From positions 1 through 62,192 of the forward strand of contig JACZSJ010000003.1 in assembly GCA_022574295.1 (NCBI GenBank): a DNA stretch of 62,192 bases. Reading direction: 5' to 3'. This document shows, in pieces, positions 44,200-54,731 of this stretch. Source of the stretch: Pseudomonadota bacterium (GTDB lineage: Bacteria > Pseudomonadota > Gammaproteobacteria > Eutrophobiales > Eutrophobiaceae). Each line of letters begins with the position of its first letter. Within the stretch, counting starts at the first letter, position 1. The notes beneath the pieces were generated by a model that did no database searches, was not told where the DNA came from, and worked only from the letters and a program-made list of their open reading frames with translations. Made by a program: the position numbers and the translations under genes.

Positions 44200-44350
44200 C
44201 ACCTGCTTGTCAGCAGGTGCGCAAGTATATGTAAACTTGGTACCGGTTAAAACCTTTTTGTTATTCCTAAGTGGACATAGGGAACAGGTTAGGAGTATTC
44301 AACTCATGTCCATATTAATCCCCTATTATTTTCTGCTACCATCGCGCCCC

Positions 44351-46500
<2,150 letters not shown>

Positions 46501-46550
46501 TAGCCCGCTTTGATTTTCGGGTAGTTAATAAATAATTGGAAACACTGGAA

Positions 46551-46877
46551 ATGCTGGATTTTTTTATTAGTAGTGCATGGGCGGCTGATGCACCTCAACA
46601 AGGTGGCATCATGAGTCTGTTGCCATTGTTTATTCTCTTTGCTGTCTTTTGGTTCTTTCTCATCAGACCGCAAATGAAGCAGGCGAAAGAGCACAAGACA
46701 ATGGTTGCGTCACTCGCCAAAGGTGATGAAGTTGTTACCACTGGAGGCTTACTTGGTAAAATTAAGGAAGTTGGTGACAATTTTATCGTGCTTGAAATTG
46801 CCAAAGAGGTTCAGGTCAAAGTACAAAAACATTCGATCTCGGCAACCATGCCCAAGGGCACAATTAAAACACTTTAG
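46551..46877 (+). CDS. yajC: Preprotein translocase subunit YajC
   Basis: FLIRPQ and GDEVVTTGG motifs. Confidence 0.95.
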   Translation: MLDFFISSAWAADAPQQGGIMSLLPLFILFAVFWFFLIRPQMKQAKEHKTMVASLAKGDEVVTTGGLLGKIKEVGDNFIVLEIAKEVQVKVQKHSISATMPKGTIKTL

Positions 46878-46881
46878 ACAA

Positions 46882-46922
46882 AAACCAGAATGGATAGCCA
46901 GAACAGGTAGCCAGAACAGGTA
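46882..46922 (+). repeat. 13-bp tandem repeat (two exact copies plus one degenerate)
   Basis: tagccagaacagg occurs twice (46895-46920), preceded by aaaccagaatgga. Confidence 0.7.
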
Positions 46923-46928
46923 AATTGT

Positions 46929-48797
46929 ATGAACCGTTATCCTTCATGGAAATATATTCTTATCCTCATTGTCATAATAGTGGGGATACTCTATGCCTTG
47001 CCAAATTTATATGGCAGTTCCCCCGCACTACAAATATCGGCCTCAAGTGCCACGGCAGAGGTCAGTGAACTGACTGAGTTGCAAGTAAACATTGCATTGG
47101 ACGATGCGGACATCGAATCGGTGTCAATGGAACTGGGCGATGGCAGACTGACTATCAGGTTTGCAGATGAGGGGACCCAGTTGCGTGCGAAGGATATTTT
47201 GCAAACAGAGCTCGGTCGTTCCCATGTGATTGCGTTGAATCTTGCACCTGATACTCCGGATTGGTTAAGAAGTCTGGGTGCTGAGCCTATGTTTCTTGGT
47301 CTTGATCTCAGAGGTGGTGTTCACTTCCTGATGGAGGTGGACATGGAGGCTGCCGTTCAAGCATCAGAGGAACGTTATGTGTCAGATATACGTACTCTCC
47401 TTCGTGAAAACAAGGTGCGCTATAAAACCATTACCCGCAATGATGAGGGTGGTTTATTGATCCGGTACCGTGATGAAGTACAAAAAATCGATGGGGAAAG
47501 GCTGATCAGGGATAATTTTCGCGATCTGGATGTGGTTGACACCGCCAGCAAAACTGAAATCGAATCACCGGAAACCAGACTGATTTTAAATCCGGATGTT
47601 GTGAAAGAAACAGAGAAGAACGCCTTACAACAAAACATTACTATACTGAGAAAGCGCGTGAATGAATTGGGTGTTGCAGAGCCTGTGATCCAGCAACAGG
47701 GTTTGAAACGTATTGTCGTGCAATTGCCAGGCGTGCAGGATACTGCACGGGCAAAGGAAATTCTTGGCGCAACAGCGACGCTGGAATTCCGCCTGGTTGA
47801 TGACGACCACTCAGTTCAGGATGCTATCAATGGCCCAGTCCCTGCGGGTTCACGTCTTTACGACAATAGAGATGGCGGCAAGATACTACTAAAGAAGCGT
47901 GTGATGTTAACCGGTGATTATATTATCGATGCAGCTTCCGGTATCGACCAACAATCCGGTGGGCCTGATGTTTCCATTACGCTGGATGGAAAAGGTGCCA
48001 AAGCAATGAGTAATGCAACACGCGATAATGTCGGCAGGCGCATGGCTGTTGTCTTTATTGAAACCAAAACGGAGACCGTGGAAGAAGACGGCGTCATGGT
48101 TAAGAAAAAGCTAAAGATCGAAGAAGTCATTAACGCTGCGACAATTCGCGAACAGTTGGGGAAACGGTTCCATATCACCGGCATAGGTTCCACGATGGAA
48201 GCACGTAACCTGGCCCTGTTATTAAGAGCTGGTGCGTTGGCAGCACCCATCGAAATTGTTGAAGAACGCACCGTTGGGCCAAGCCTCGGAAAAGACAATA
48301 TTGCCAAAGGTTTTAACTCGGTGGCCATTGGTTTTATCCTGGTGCTGATCTTCATGGCGATTTACTATCGGGTGTATGGCTTGTTTGCTGATGTCGCATT
48401 GACCCTGAACCTGGTGCTGATTGTTTCCCTGTTATCTCTATTACAGGCCACGTTGACATTGCCAGGTATTGCCGGGATTGTGTTGACAGTAGGTATGGCC
48501 GTGGATGCCAATGTATTGATCTTTGAACGTATCCGTGAGGAAATTCGTAATGGAAATTCCCCACAAGCAAGTATACATGCAGGTTATGAAAAAGCGTTTT
48601 CAACAATAATGGATGCTAACATTACGACCCTGATTGCGGCACTGGTATTGTTCAGCTTTGGGGCAGGTCCAATTAAAGGTTTTGCGGTGACATTATCTTT
48701 AGGCATCATGTGCTCCATGTTCACCGCTATTATGATGACACGCGCATTGGTCAATCTGACATACGGCGGACGTAAGTTGGACAAACTAAGAATTTAA
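46929..48797 (+). CDS. secD: Protein translocase subunit SecD
   Basis: LGLDLRGGVHF, RVNELGVAEP and AVDANVLIFERIREE motifs. Confidence 0.97.
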   Translation: MNRYPSWKYILILIVIIVGILYALPNLYGSSPALQISASSATAEVSELTELQVNIALDDADIESVSMELGDGRLTIRFADEGTQLRAKDILQTELGRSHVIALNLAPDTPDWLRSLGAEPMFLGLDLRGGVHFLMEVDMEAAVQASEERYVSDIRTLLRENKVRYKTITRNDEGGLLIRYRDEVQKIDGERLIRDNFRDLDVVDTASKTEIESPETRLILNPDVVKETEKNALQQNITILRKRVNELGVAEPVIQQQGLKRIVVQLPGVQDTARAKEILGATATLEFRLVDDDHSVQDAINGPVPAGSRLYDNRDGGKILLKKRVMLTGDYIIDAASGIDQQSGGPDVSITLDGKGAKAMSNATRDNVGRRMAVVFIETKTETVEEDGVMVKKKLKIEEVINAATIREQLGKRFHITGIGSTMEARNLALLLRAGALAAPIEIVEERTVGPSLGKDNIAKGFNSVAIGFILVLIFMAIYYRVYGLFADVALTLNLVLIVSLLSLLQATLTLPGIAGIVLTVGMAVDANVLIFERIREEIRNGNSPQASIHAGYEKAFSTIMDANITTLIAALVLFSFGAGPIKGFAVTLSLGIMCSMFTAIMMTRALVNLTYGGRKLDKLRI

Positions 48798-48831
48798 TCG
48801 TTGCCAGTCTACTTATAGTAAAATTACCAGA

Positions 48832-49767
48832 ATGAAACTTATTAAAGAAAAATTAAATATCGACTTTATGGGCAAGCGTAAACTTGCTGCGTTTTTTTCT
48901 ATCAGCCTGATGGTTATCTCTATTGCTTCCCTCGCTGTTCAGGGCTTGAATTTCGGGATTGATTTCACTGGTGGGACATTAGTCGAAGTTGGGTATGCAC
49001 AGCCAGTTGAACTTGAGAGCATTCGCAGCGCATTGGCTGCTTCAGAATTTGGTGAAGCAACAGTTCAGTCCTTTGGTAGTACCAGCGATGTGCTGATTCG
49101 TCTCGCACCGAAACAAGGTTCGAACACGGCGGATATCAGCGGTGCGATTCTTGAGTTATTGCGAGCCGGCGATCAGTCAGTAGAAATGCGACGCGTTGAA
49201 TTTGTTGGACCACAGGTTGGAGAAGAACTGACGGAAGATGGTGGCCTGGCCATGTTATATGCCTTGTTAGGCATTCTTATTTATGTCGCCTTGCGTTTCC
49301 AGATGCGTTTTTCTGTCGGCGCAATCGCTGCACTGGTGCATGATGTCGTGATTACCATTGGAATATTTTCGATTTTGCAGCTGAATTTTGACTTGACTGT
49401 ATTGGCCGCATTATTGGCGGTTATAGGTTATTCACTCAACGATACGATTGTAGTGTTTGACCGAATCCGTGAAAATTTTCATAAAATGCGCAAAGTGACT
49501 CCAGTTGAAGTCATGAATACCTCATTAAACCAGACCCTGAGTCGTACCATTATTACGTCCCTGACAACATTGCTTGTGTTGGCGGCCCTGTTCCTTGTCG
49601 GTGGTCAAATCATACATGGGTTTGCAACTGCATTGATTATCGGTGTGTTGATTGGTACCTATTCATCTATCTTTGTTGCAAGTCCGGTGACTTTGGCACT
49701 AGGTATTAGTAAAGAAGATCTAATGCCCGTTGAGAAAGAAGGCGTAGACCAGAAAAGCCACATTTAG
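48832..49767 (+). CDS. secF: Protein translocase subunit SecF
   Basis: GIDFTGG and GYSLNDTIVVFDRIREN motifs. Confidence 0.97.
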   Translation: MKLIKEKLNIDFMGKRKLAAFFSISLMVISIASLAVQGLNFGIDFTGGTLVEVGYAQPVELESIRSALAASEFGEATVQSFGSTSDVLIRLAPKQGSNTADISGAILELLRAGDQSVEMRRVEFVGPQVGEELTEDGGLAMLYALLGILIYVALRFQMRFSVGAIAALVHDVVITIGIFSILQLNFDLTVLAALLAVIGYSLNDTIVVFDRIRENFHKMRKVTPVEVMNTSLNQTLSRTIITSLTTLLVLAALFLVGGQIIHGFATALIIGVLIGTYSSIFVASPVTLALGISKEDLMPVEKEGVDQKSHI

Positions 49768-49790
49768 CTGTAAATTTTTACATAGGGGCT

Positions 49791-50963
49791 GTGAAGATGA
49801 AGATCATTGCTGATCAACAAATTCCCCATGTAGCTCAAGCGTTTTCCCAATTCGCAGAAGTGACGCTTTGTGATGGTCGTGAAATCACCGCCGAAAGCAT
49901 CCACGAAGCTGATGTTCTACTGGTTCGATCAGTCACCCCCGTCAATGTAAATTTGCTGCAGGGCAGTCATGTCAAATTTGTTGCCTCAGCTACCAGTGGT
50001 CAAGATCATATCGACAGTGATTACCTGCAGCGAAATAACATCGGTTTTGCCCATGCGAAAGGAAGTAATGCAAGGTCTGTTGCTGAATATGTTATGAGTA
50101 GTCTTTTTGTACTGGCAGATCAGCACGATTTTAAACTCAAAGAAAAAACAGTGGGCGTCATTGGCTGTGGTGAGGTGGGCTCACGCGTCATCGCCATGTT
50201 TGAGACAATGGGTGTTAGAACTATTATGAATGATCCACCACTCAAGGATGCCATTAGCAATAGTGCCAGCACTGGCGAGCAATACCGTGATCTCCGGGAG
50301 CTTCTCTCAGCAGATATTATTACCTTGCATGTGCCTATAACAGAAGGTGGCCCATATCCTACGTTAAAATTAGTCGATGCTGGTTTTCTGGATAAATTAA
50401 ATGGCGATGTGATTTTATTAAATACGTCACGCGGCAGAGTCATTGATGAAGTGGCATTAAGGGTTCATTTGGAAAGTCATCACAATATGAAAGTTGTACT
50501 GGATGTTTGGGAAAATGAACCAGACATTGATACAGATTTGCTCACACATACTGCCATAGCGACACCCCATATCGCCGGTTACAGTATGGATGGAAAACTC
50601 AGGGCGACAGAGATGATTTTTCGATCCGTGTGTGAATTCTTTAAACTCAATGCCACATGGCAAGTGGTAACAGAGTTGCCCGATGGCAGTATGCCTGAAT
50701 TAACTCTGAGTGCTGATATAGATGATGAAGATGCGATACAAATAGCGATATTGGCGAGTTATGATGTCAGGGGTGACAGTGCAGCGCTAAGATGCTTACC
50801 TGAAATTAATATTGAACAACGCGGTCGTTACTTTGATGAACTCAGGGAAAATTACCCTGTGAGAAGAGAATTTACAGCGATGATGATCAGGCTACCTGAG
50901 AGCAAGAAAGCATTGGCTGAAAAATTGAGACAATTAGGGTTTAACGTGAAATTGACGTCATGA
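49791..50963 (+). CDS. pdxB: Erythronate-4-phosphate dehydrogenase
   Basis: LLVRSVT, GSNARSVAEY, LDVWENEP and TPHIAGYS motifs. Confidence 0.93.
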   Translation: MKMKIIADQQIPHVAQAFSQFAEVTLCDGREITAESIHEADVLLVRSVTPVNVNLLQGSHVKFVASATSGQDHIDSDYLQRNNIGFAHAKGSNARSVAEYVMSSLFVLADQHDFKLKEKTVGVIGCGEVGSRVIAMFETMGVRTIMNDPPLKDAISNSASTGEQYRDLRELLSADIITLHVPITEGGPYPTLKLVDAGFLDKLNGDVILLNTSRGRVIDEVALRVHLESHHNMKVVLDVWENEPDIDTDLLTHTAIATPHIAGYSMDGKLRATEMIFRSVCEFFKLNATWQVVTELPDGSMPELTLSADIDDEDAIQIAILASYDVRGDSAALRCLPEINIEQRGRYFDELRENYPVRREFTAMMIRLPESKKALAEKLRQLGFNVKLTS

Positions 50964-51571
50964 AAACTGGATCAGAAAAGATCAGGCTTGGTTTTTTGGC
51001 ATCCGGTCGCGGCAGTAACATGTTGGCTATTATTGATAATTGCAAAGCTGGGAAACTCGATGCTGAGCCTGTCGTGGTGATCAGCAATAATGCAGATGCA
51101 GGTGCACTTGTATATGCACGTAAAGCAGGAATCCCCGCATTTCATCTCAGTAGTAACAAACATGAAGATGAATCGGTACTCGATCAGGAAATGACGGACA
51201 CCTTGAAATCACATAATATAGATTGGGTGATCCTGGCAGGTTATATGAAGATGATTGGATCGAAATTACTTGAAGAATTTCGGGGCAAGATACTTAACAT
51301 TCATCCATCTTTATTACCCAGACACGGTGGTCAGGGGATGTATGGGCTTCACGTGCATGAAGCGGTACTTGCATCGGGGGAGTCTGAAACTGGTGTCACC
51401 ATTCATATGGTGGATGGTGAATATGATCAGGGAAGGATCTTGGCGCAGGAAAAGGTTTCTGTCGAAGCGGATGATACGCCTGAATCACTAGCTGCTCGCG
51501 TATTGAAAGTTGAGCACGAGCTTTATTCGGAGACTTTGCAGGGGATTATTGAGGGCAGGATTAGTTTCTGA
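50960..51571 (+). CDS. purN: Phosphoribosylglycinamide formyltransferase
   Basis: ASGRGSN, LAGYMK, NIHPSLLP and G.TIH.V..EYD.G motifs. Confidence 0.9.
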   Translation: MKTGSEKIRLGFLASGRGSNMLAIIDNCKAGKLDAEPVVVISNNADAGALVYARKAGIPAFHLSSNKHEDESVLDQEMTDTLKSHNIDWVILAGYMKMIGSKLLEEFRGKILNIHPSLLPRHGGQGMYGLHVHEAVLASGESETGVTIHMVDGEYDQGRILAQEKVSVEADDTPESLAARVLKVEHELYSETLQGIIEGRISF

Positions 51572-51611
51572 TTCAGCCCGTCATTCCCGCATTCTCGTCA
51601 TACTGGCGAAT

Positions 51612-53194
51612 CAGGCTGTGTGAAAACTCTATCATAATAATGGAACTTTGAAGAGTGTCACTGATCAGATCTAAGAACGTCAGAACAGGATTATTACGAT
51701 GAATCATAAACGAGGTCAATCCCGCCACCAGACGACATTGTTTCCTGAAGCACTGGATGATCTGATCCCAGCTGATCATCCCGTACGAGTAGTGGATGCC
51801 TTCGTGGATTCTCTGGATTTATTGGCATTGGGGTTTGGCAAGGTGGTGCCAGCAGCAACGGGTTGTCCGCCTTATCATCCGGGTGATTTGCTGAAGCTAT
51901 ACGTGTATGGCTATCTGAATCAGGTGCGCTCGAGTCGGCGTTTGGAGAAGGAGAGTCAACGTAATGTGGAAGTATTATGGTTGGTCAATCGCCTGAGTCC
52001 GGACTTCAAGACGATTGCGGACTTTCGCAAGGACAATCGTCAAGCCATCGTCGGCACGTGCCGGGCGTTTGTTGGTTTTTGCCGGGAGCAAGACCTGTTC
52101 GGGGCGGAGTTGGTGGCCATTGACGGCTCGAAGTTTCGAGCGGTAGCGAGCAAGAAAGCGGCCTATACCCCGAAACGAATAGAGCGGGAATTAACGAAGA
52201 TAGATAAACGCGTAGAGGAATATCTGTCGGATCTGGATGAGTCCGATGCGGTGGAGCCAACGCTACCAAGGGAAGGCAAGACGACAGACGCTATCGCGGC
52301 ACTACAGGGACAACGGGAAGCGTTGCAGGCGATGGCGGTAGAGATGCAGGAAAGTGGCGAGAAACAGCAGGTCACTACCGAACCCGATGCGCGGTTGATG
52401 CGCCAGGCAGGGGGTGGAAAGGAAGTGGCATACAACGTACAAACCGCAGTGGATGCCAAACACAAACTGATTGTCAGCCATGAGGTGACCAATGATGGCA
52501 ATGATTTGAACCAACTGTATCCGATGGCCAGCGCTGCCCAGGCGGCGTTGGATGCTGAGCAGTTAACAGTGGTGGCGGACGTGGGTTATCAGAACGGCGA
52601 GCACGGGGCGGATTGTGAAGCAGCAGGGATCACTGCGGTGGTACCCAAACCGAAGCCGGTGAACCCGAAGGGCGACTTCTTCGATAAGAGCCAGTTTACT
52701 TACGAGGCGGAACAGGACCAGTACCGTTGTCCGGCAGGCGAAGTGTTGAAGGTGTATAAGACGGATCATAAAAAAAAGGTACGTCATTACAGCACATCTG
52801 CTTGTGAAGGTTGTGCACTGAAGTCGCAGTGTACGAAGAGTCGGCGGCGGACGGTCAATCGGCAATTTTATGCTGACTCGGCAGAGCGTATGCATCGACG
52901 AGCGGTTGAACAGCCAGCACTGATGCGACAGCGGGCTTGTTTGAGTGAACATCCCTTTGGGACGATAAAACGGATGATGGATAACGGGCAGTTTTTGATG
53001 CGTGGGCTTGAGAATGTCAGGGCGGAAATGGGCTTGAGTGTACTGAGTTATAACTTAAAGCGGGTAATAAACATTCTGAGTGTGGAGACCTTATGCGCAA
53101 GATTGGCGACATAGGCCAATTCATTTTTATATGAATAGATAATCTGGAGAACAGGCCTTGATGACACCAACTTTAGAAGTTTTCACACAGCCTG
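51612..53194 (+). mobile_element. IS1182-family insertion sequence (1583 bp)
   Basis: Perfect 17-bp TIRs caggctgtgtgaaaact / agttttcacacagcctg, 4-bp target duplication GAAT, and visibly higher GC than the flanks. Confidence 0.95.
51699..53114 (+). CDS. IS1182-family DDE transposase
   Basis: SSRRLE, PDFKTIADFR, AIDGSK, YNVQ, CPAG, EHPFG and YNLKR motifs. Confidence 0.95.
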   Translation: MNHKRGQSRHQTTLFPEALDDLIPADHPVRVVDAFVDSLDLLALGFGKVVPAATGCPPYHPGDLLKLYVYGYLNQVRSSRRLEKESQRNVEVLWLVNRLSPDFKTIADFRKDNRQAIVGTCRAFVGFCREQDLFGAELVAIDGSKFRAVASKKAAYTPKRIERELTKIDKRVEEYLSDLDESDAVEPTLPREGKTTDAIAALQGQREALQAMAVEMQESGEKQQVTTEPDARLMRQAGGGKEVAYNVQTAVDAKHKLIVSHEVTNDGNDLNQLYPMASAAQAALDAEQLTVVADVGYQNGEHGADCEAAGITAVVPKPKPVNPKGDFFDKSQFTYEAEQDQYRCPAGEVLKVYKTDHKKKVRHYSTSACEGCALKSQCTKSRRRTVNRQFYADSAERMHRRAVEQPALMRQRACLSEHPFGTIKRMMDNGQFLMRGLENVRAEMGLSVLSYNLKRVINILSVETLCARLAT

Positions 53195-53241
53195 GAATGC
53201 CAGTATCCAGTAATTAATATCATCATTCTTTTTAGTTTCTA

Positions 53242-53457
53242 TTTCGCCTTTAACCGGCAAGTACCTTTCTCTTGCGTGCCCAAGAGAAAGGTACGAAAGA
53301 GAAGGGCACCCGGATGTCTTACCCTTCGGGTTCCTGAATTTACCTTAATGACTAACGCGCCGTCCACAGGACTCGTCCCTGATCCGGTGGACTAAAATGT
53401 ACATCCTGTACATTTTTCGCTACTCATCAAAATAAATTCAGTAAGACATCAACGGGG
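53242..53457 (+). repeat. ~215-bp structured repeat, left copy (triplex motif plus branched hairpins)
   Basis: First 77 bp match the reverse complement of 54479-54555 at about 63/77 (hand count); contains nested internal stems. Confidence 0.85.
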
Positions 53458-53525
53458 CAGTAAGGGCAACCAAACTCTGGCAAAGTGGCATAATCATAAA
53501 GATCGGGCTATTCTAGGTTTTAACT

Positions 53526-54305
53526 GTGTTGAACTTTCTGATTCAATTTTCGTCTGCCGTTCTTAAACTCAATCGATTACTTGGGACGAGATTTGTCCCC
53601 GACCATCCAAGTAACGCATCGCCGCTTGGCAAAAGTCTCTACAATATATTTTCTCATCACAATACTGGTAACTATTTACATCGTGATTCTGAATTACAGA
53701 GAGTACGTTTTCTCATACAGAATCTGCAGGAATTGGAAAAATTTAGGCCGGATTTACTTCGTGTTTATGCTAAGAATCTTCGCAAGGCGGGTGGCTCTGA
53801 CTCTTTTTACGGTGCACGATTTGAAATAGATATAACGGCATCACTTTTGAAAAAAGGTATTTCACTAAACAAAGGTGAAAGACCAGATCTTCGGATTAAC
53901 GAATCTCAAGTATCAATTGAATGTACGAGTGTAAGATCGAGAACTGCCAAAGCAAACAAAGATTTAACATACAAGATTAACGCATCCGTATTCAAGAAAT
54001 CCAAACTTGGATATGCAAATCGCTCAATGGCATTATTCATTGATATCACTAACATTTCTCATCTAACATCTTCGTTTAATCCAGACGAATTTCGTAAGGC
54101 GGCTATCAATTGTCAAGATGAGAGTCCATTTGGAGCGCTGGTTCTACTTGTCTCACTGATGAATCACGATCTAGATAGATTTCAGACGAATTATTTGCGA
54201 ATTGATAATCCTAAAATTTCAACGGACCTTCTTACTTTTCTTAATAAATACTATTCACTTGGTAAACACAGCGTTACCGATTTTGATATTCCATTTGAAG
54301 GCTAA
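53526..54305 (+). CDS. Hypothetical protein, possible PD-(D/E)xK nuclease fold
   Basis: 259-aa AT-rich ORF with FEID...RPDL...IECT motif; start codon uncertain. Confidence 0.6.
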   Translation: MLNFLIQFSSAVLKLNRLLGTRFVPDHPSNASPLGKSLYNIFSHHNTGNYLHRDSELQRVRFLIQNLQELEKFRPDLLRVYAKNLRKAGGSDSFYGARFEIDITASLLKKGISLNKGERPDLRINESQVSIECTSVRSRTAKANKDLTYKINASVFKKSKLGYANRSMALFIDITNISHLTSSFNPDEFRKAAINCQDESPFGALVLLVSLMNHDLDRFQTNYLRIDNPKISTDLLTFLNKYYSLGKHSVTDFDIPFEG

Positions 54306-54342
54306 TCAACAGGATTAGTATCGATTGATAGTGTGTTTTCTC

Positions 54343-54555
54343 CCCCTTATATCGTGCCGAGCAGGTGAATGATTTTAAGGGCATTTGAACAGGACGTTCA
54401 AATGAGCGTAACCAAGACAGGAGTCTTGTTTACGCGACCTTAAGAAATCATGAACTTGTGAGGGAATCCGCAGGATACGATATCGGGGTGCCCTTTTTCT
54501 TCGTACCTTCTTTTTGGGCATGCAAAAAGAAGGTACTCGCCGGTAAAAGGCGAAA
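54343..54555 (-). repeat. ~215-bp structured repeat, right (inverted) copy
   Basis: Same architecture as 53242-53457 but with different stem sequences. Confidence 0.85.
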
Positions 54556-54575
54556 CCAAAACTTCATCGAAGATA

Positions 54576-54603
54576 AGATCTCTCACTTTCGTTCGAGATG
54601 ACA
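54576..54603 (-). repeat. REP-like palindrome (GTCATCTCGA...GAGATCT type)
   Basis: Reverse complement reads tgtcatctcgaacgaaagtgagagatct. Confidence 0.6.
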
Positions 54604-54658
54604 TTAGGTCGCCGTTTGGGCGAAACCAATAACTAAATGAATAATGAAGATTAAATTG

Positions 54659-54687
54659 ACTGGGTTCTGGCATTCGCCAGAACGACG
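54659..54687 (-). repeat. CGTC-type REP palindrome, inverted partner of the split REP
   Basis: Reverse complement reads cgtcgttctggc-gaat-gccagaacccagt. Confidence 0.8.
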
Positions 54688-54731
54688 AAAATCAATGAGG
54701 CCGCTTGTAGGTGCGGGAACCTACAAAACAG

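Larger units (their letters stand above)
51596..53211 (+). repeat. CGTC-type REP palindrome split by the IS (halves at 51596-51611 and 53195-53211)
   Basis: Reconstructed empty site is cgtcatactggc-gaat-gccagtatccagt. Confidence 0.85.

Noticed and set aside
44159-44350. Apparent 64-aa N-terminal extension of QueA
   Set aside because: It begins inside the tRNA-fragment repeat, and QueA similarity starts at ATG 44351.
53242-54687. Repeat cluster as a CRISPR array or integron attC cassette
   Set aside because: The repeats are inverted rather than direct with regular spacers. There are no cas or intI genes and no clear RYYYAAC...GTTRRRY boundaries.
54705-54726. tgcgggaacc as the distal half of the truncated REP at 51579
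   Set aside because: The match is only about 8 bp, and the sequence forms its own hairpin (ttgtaggt/acctacaa) right after dacB, so a terminator is equally plausible.
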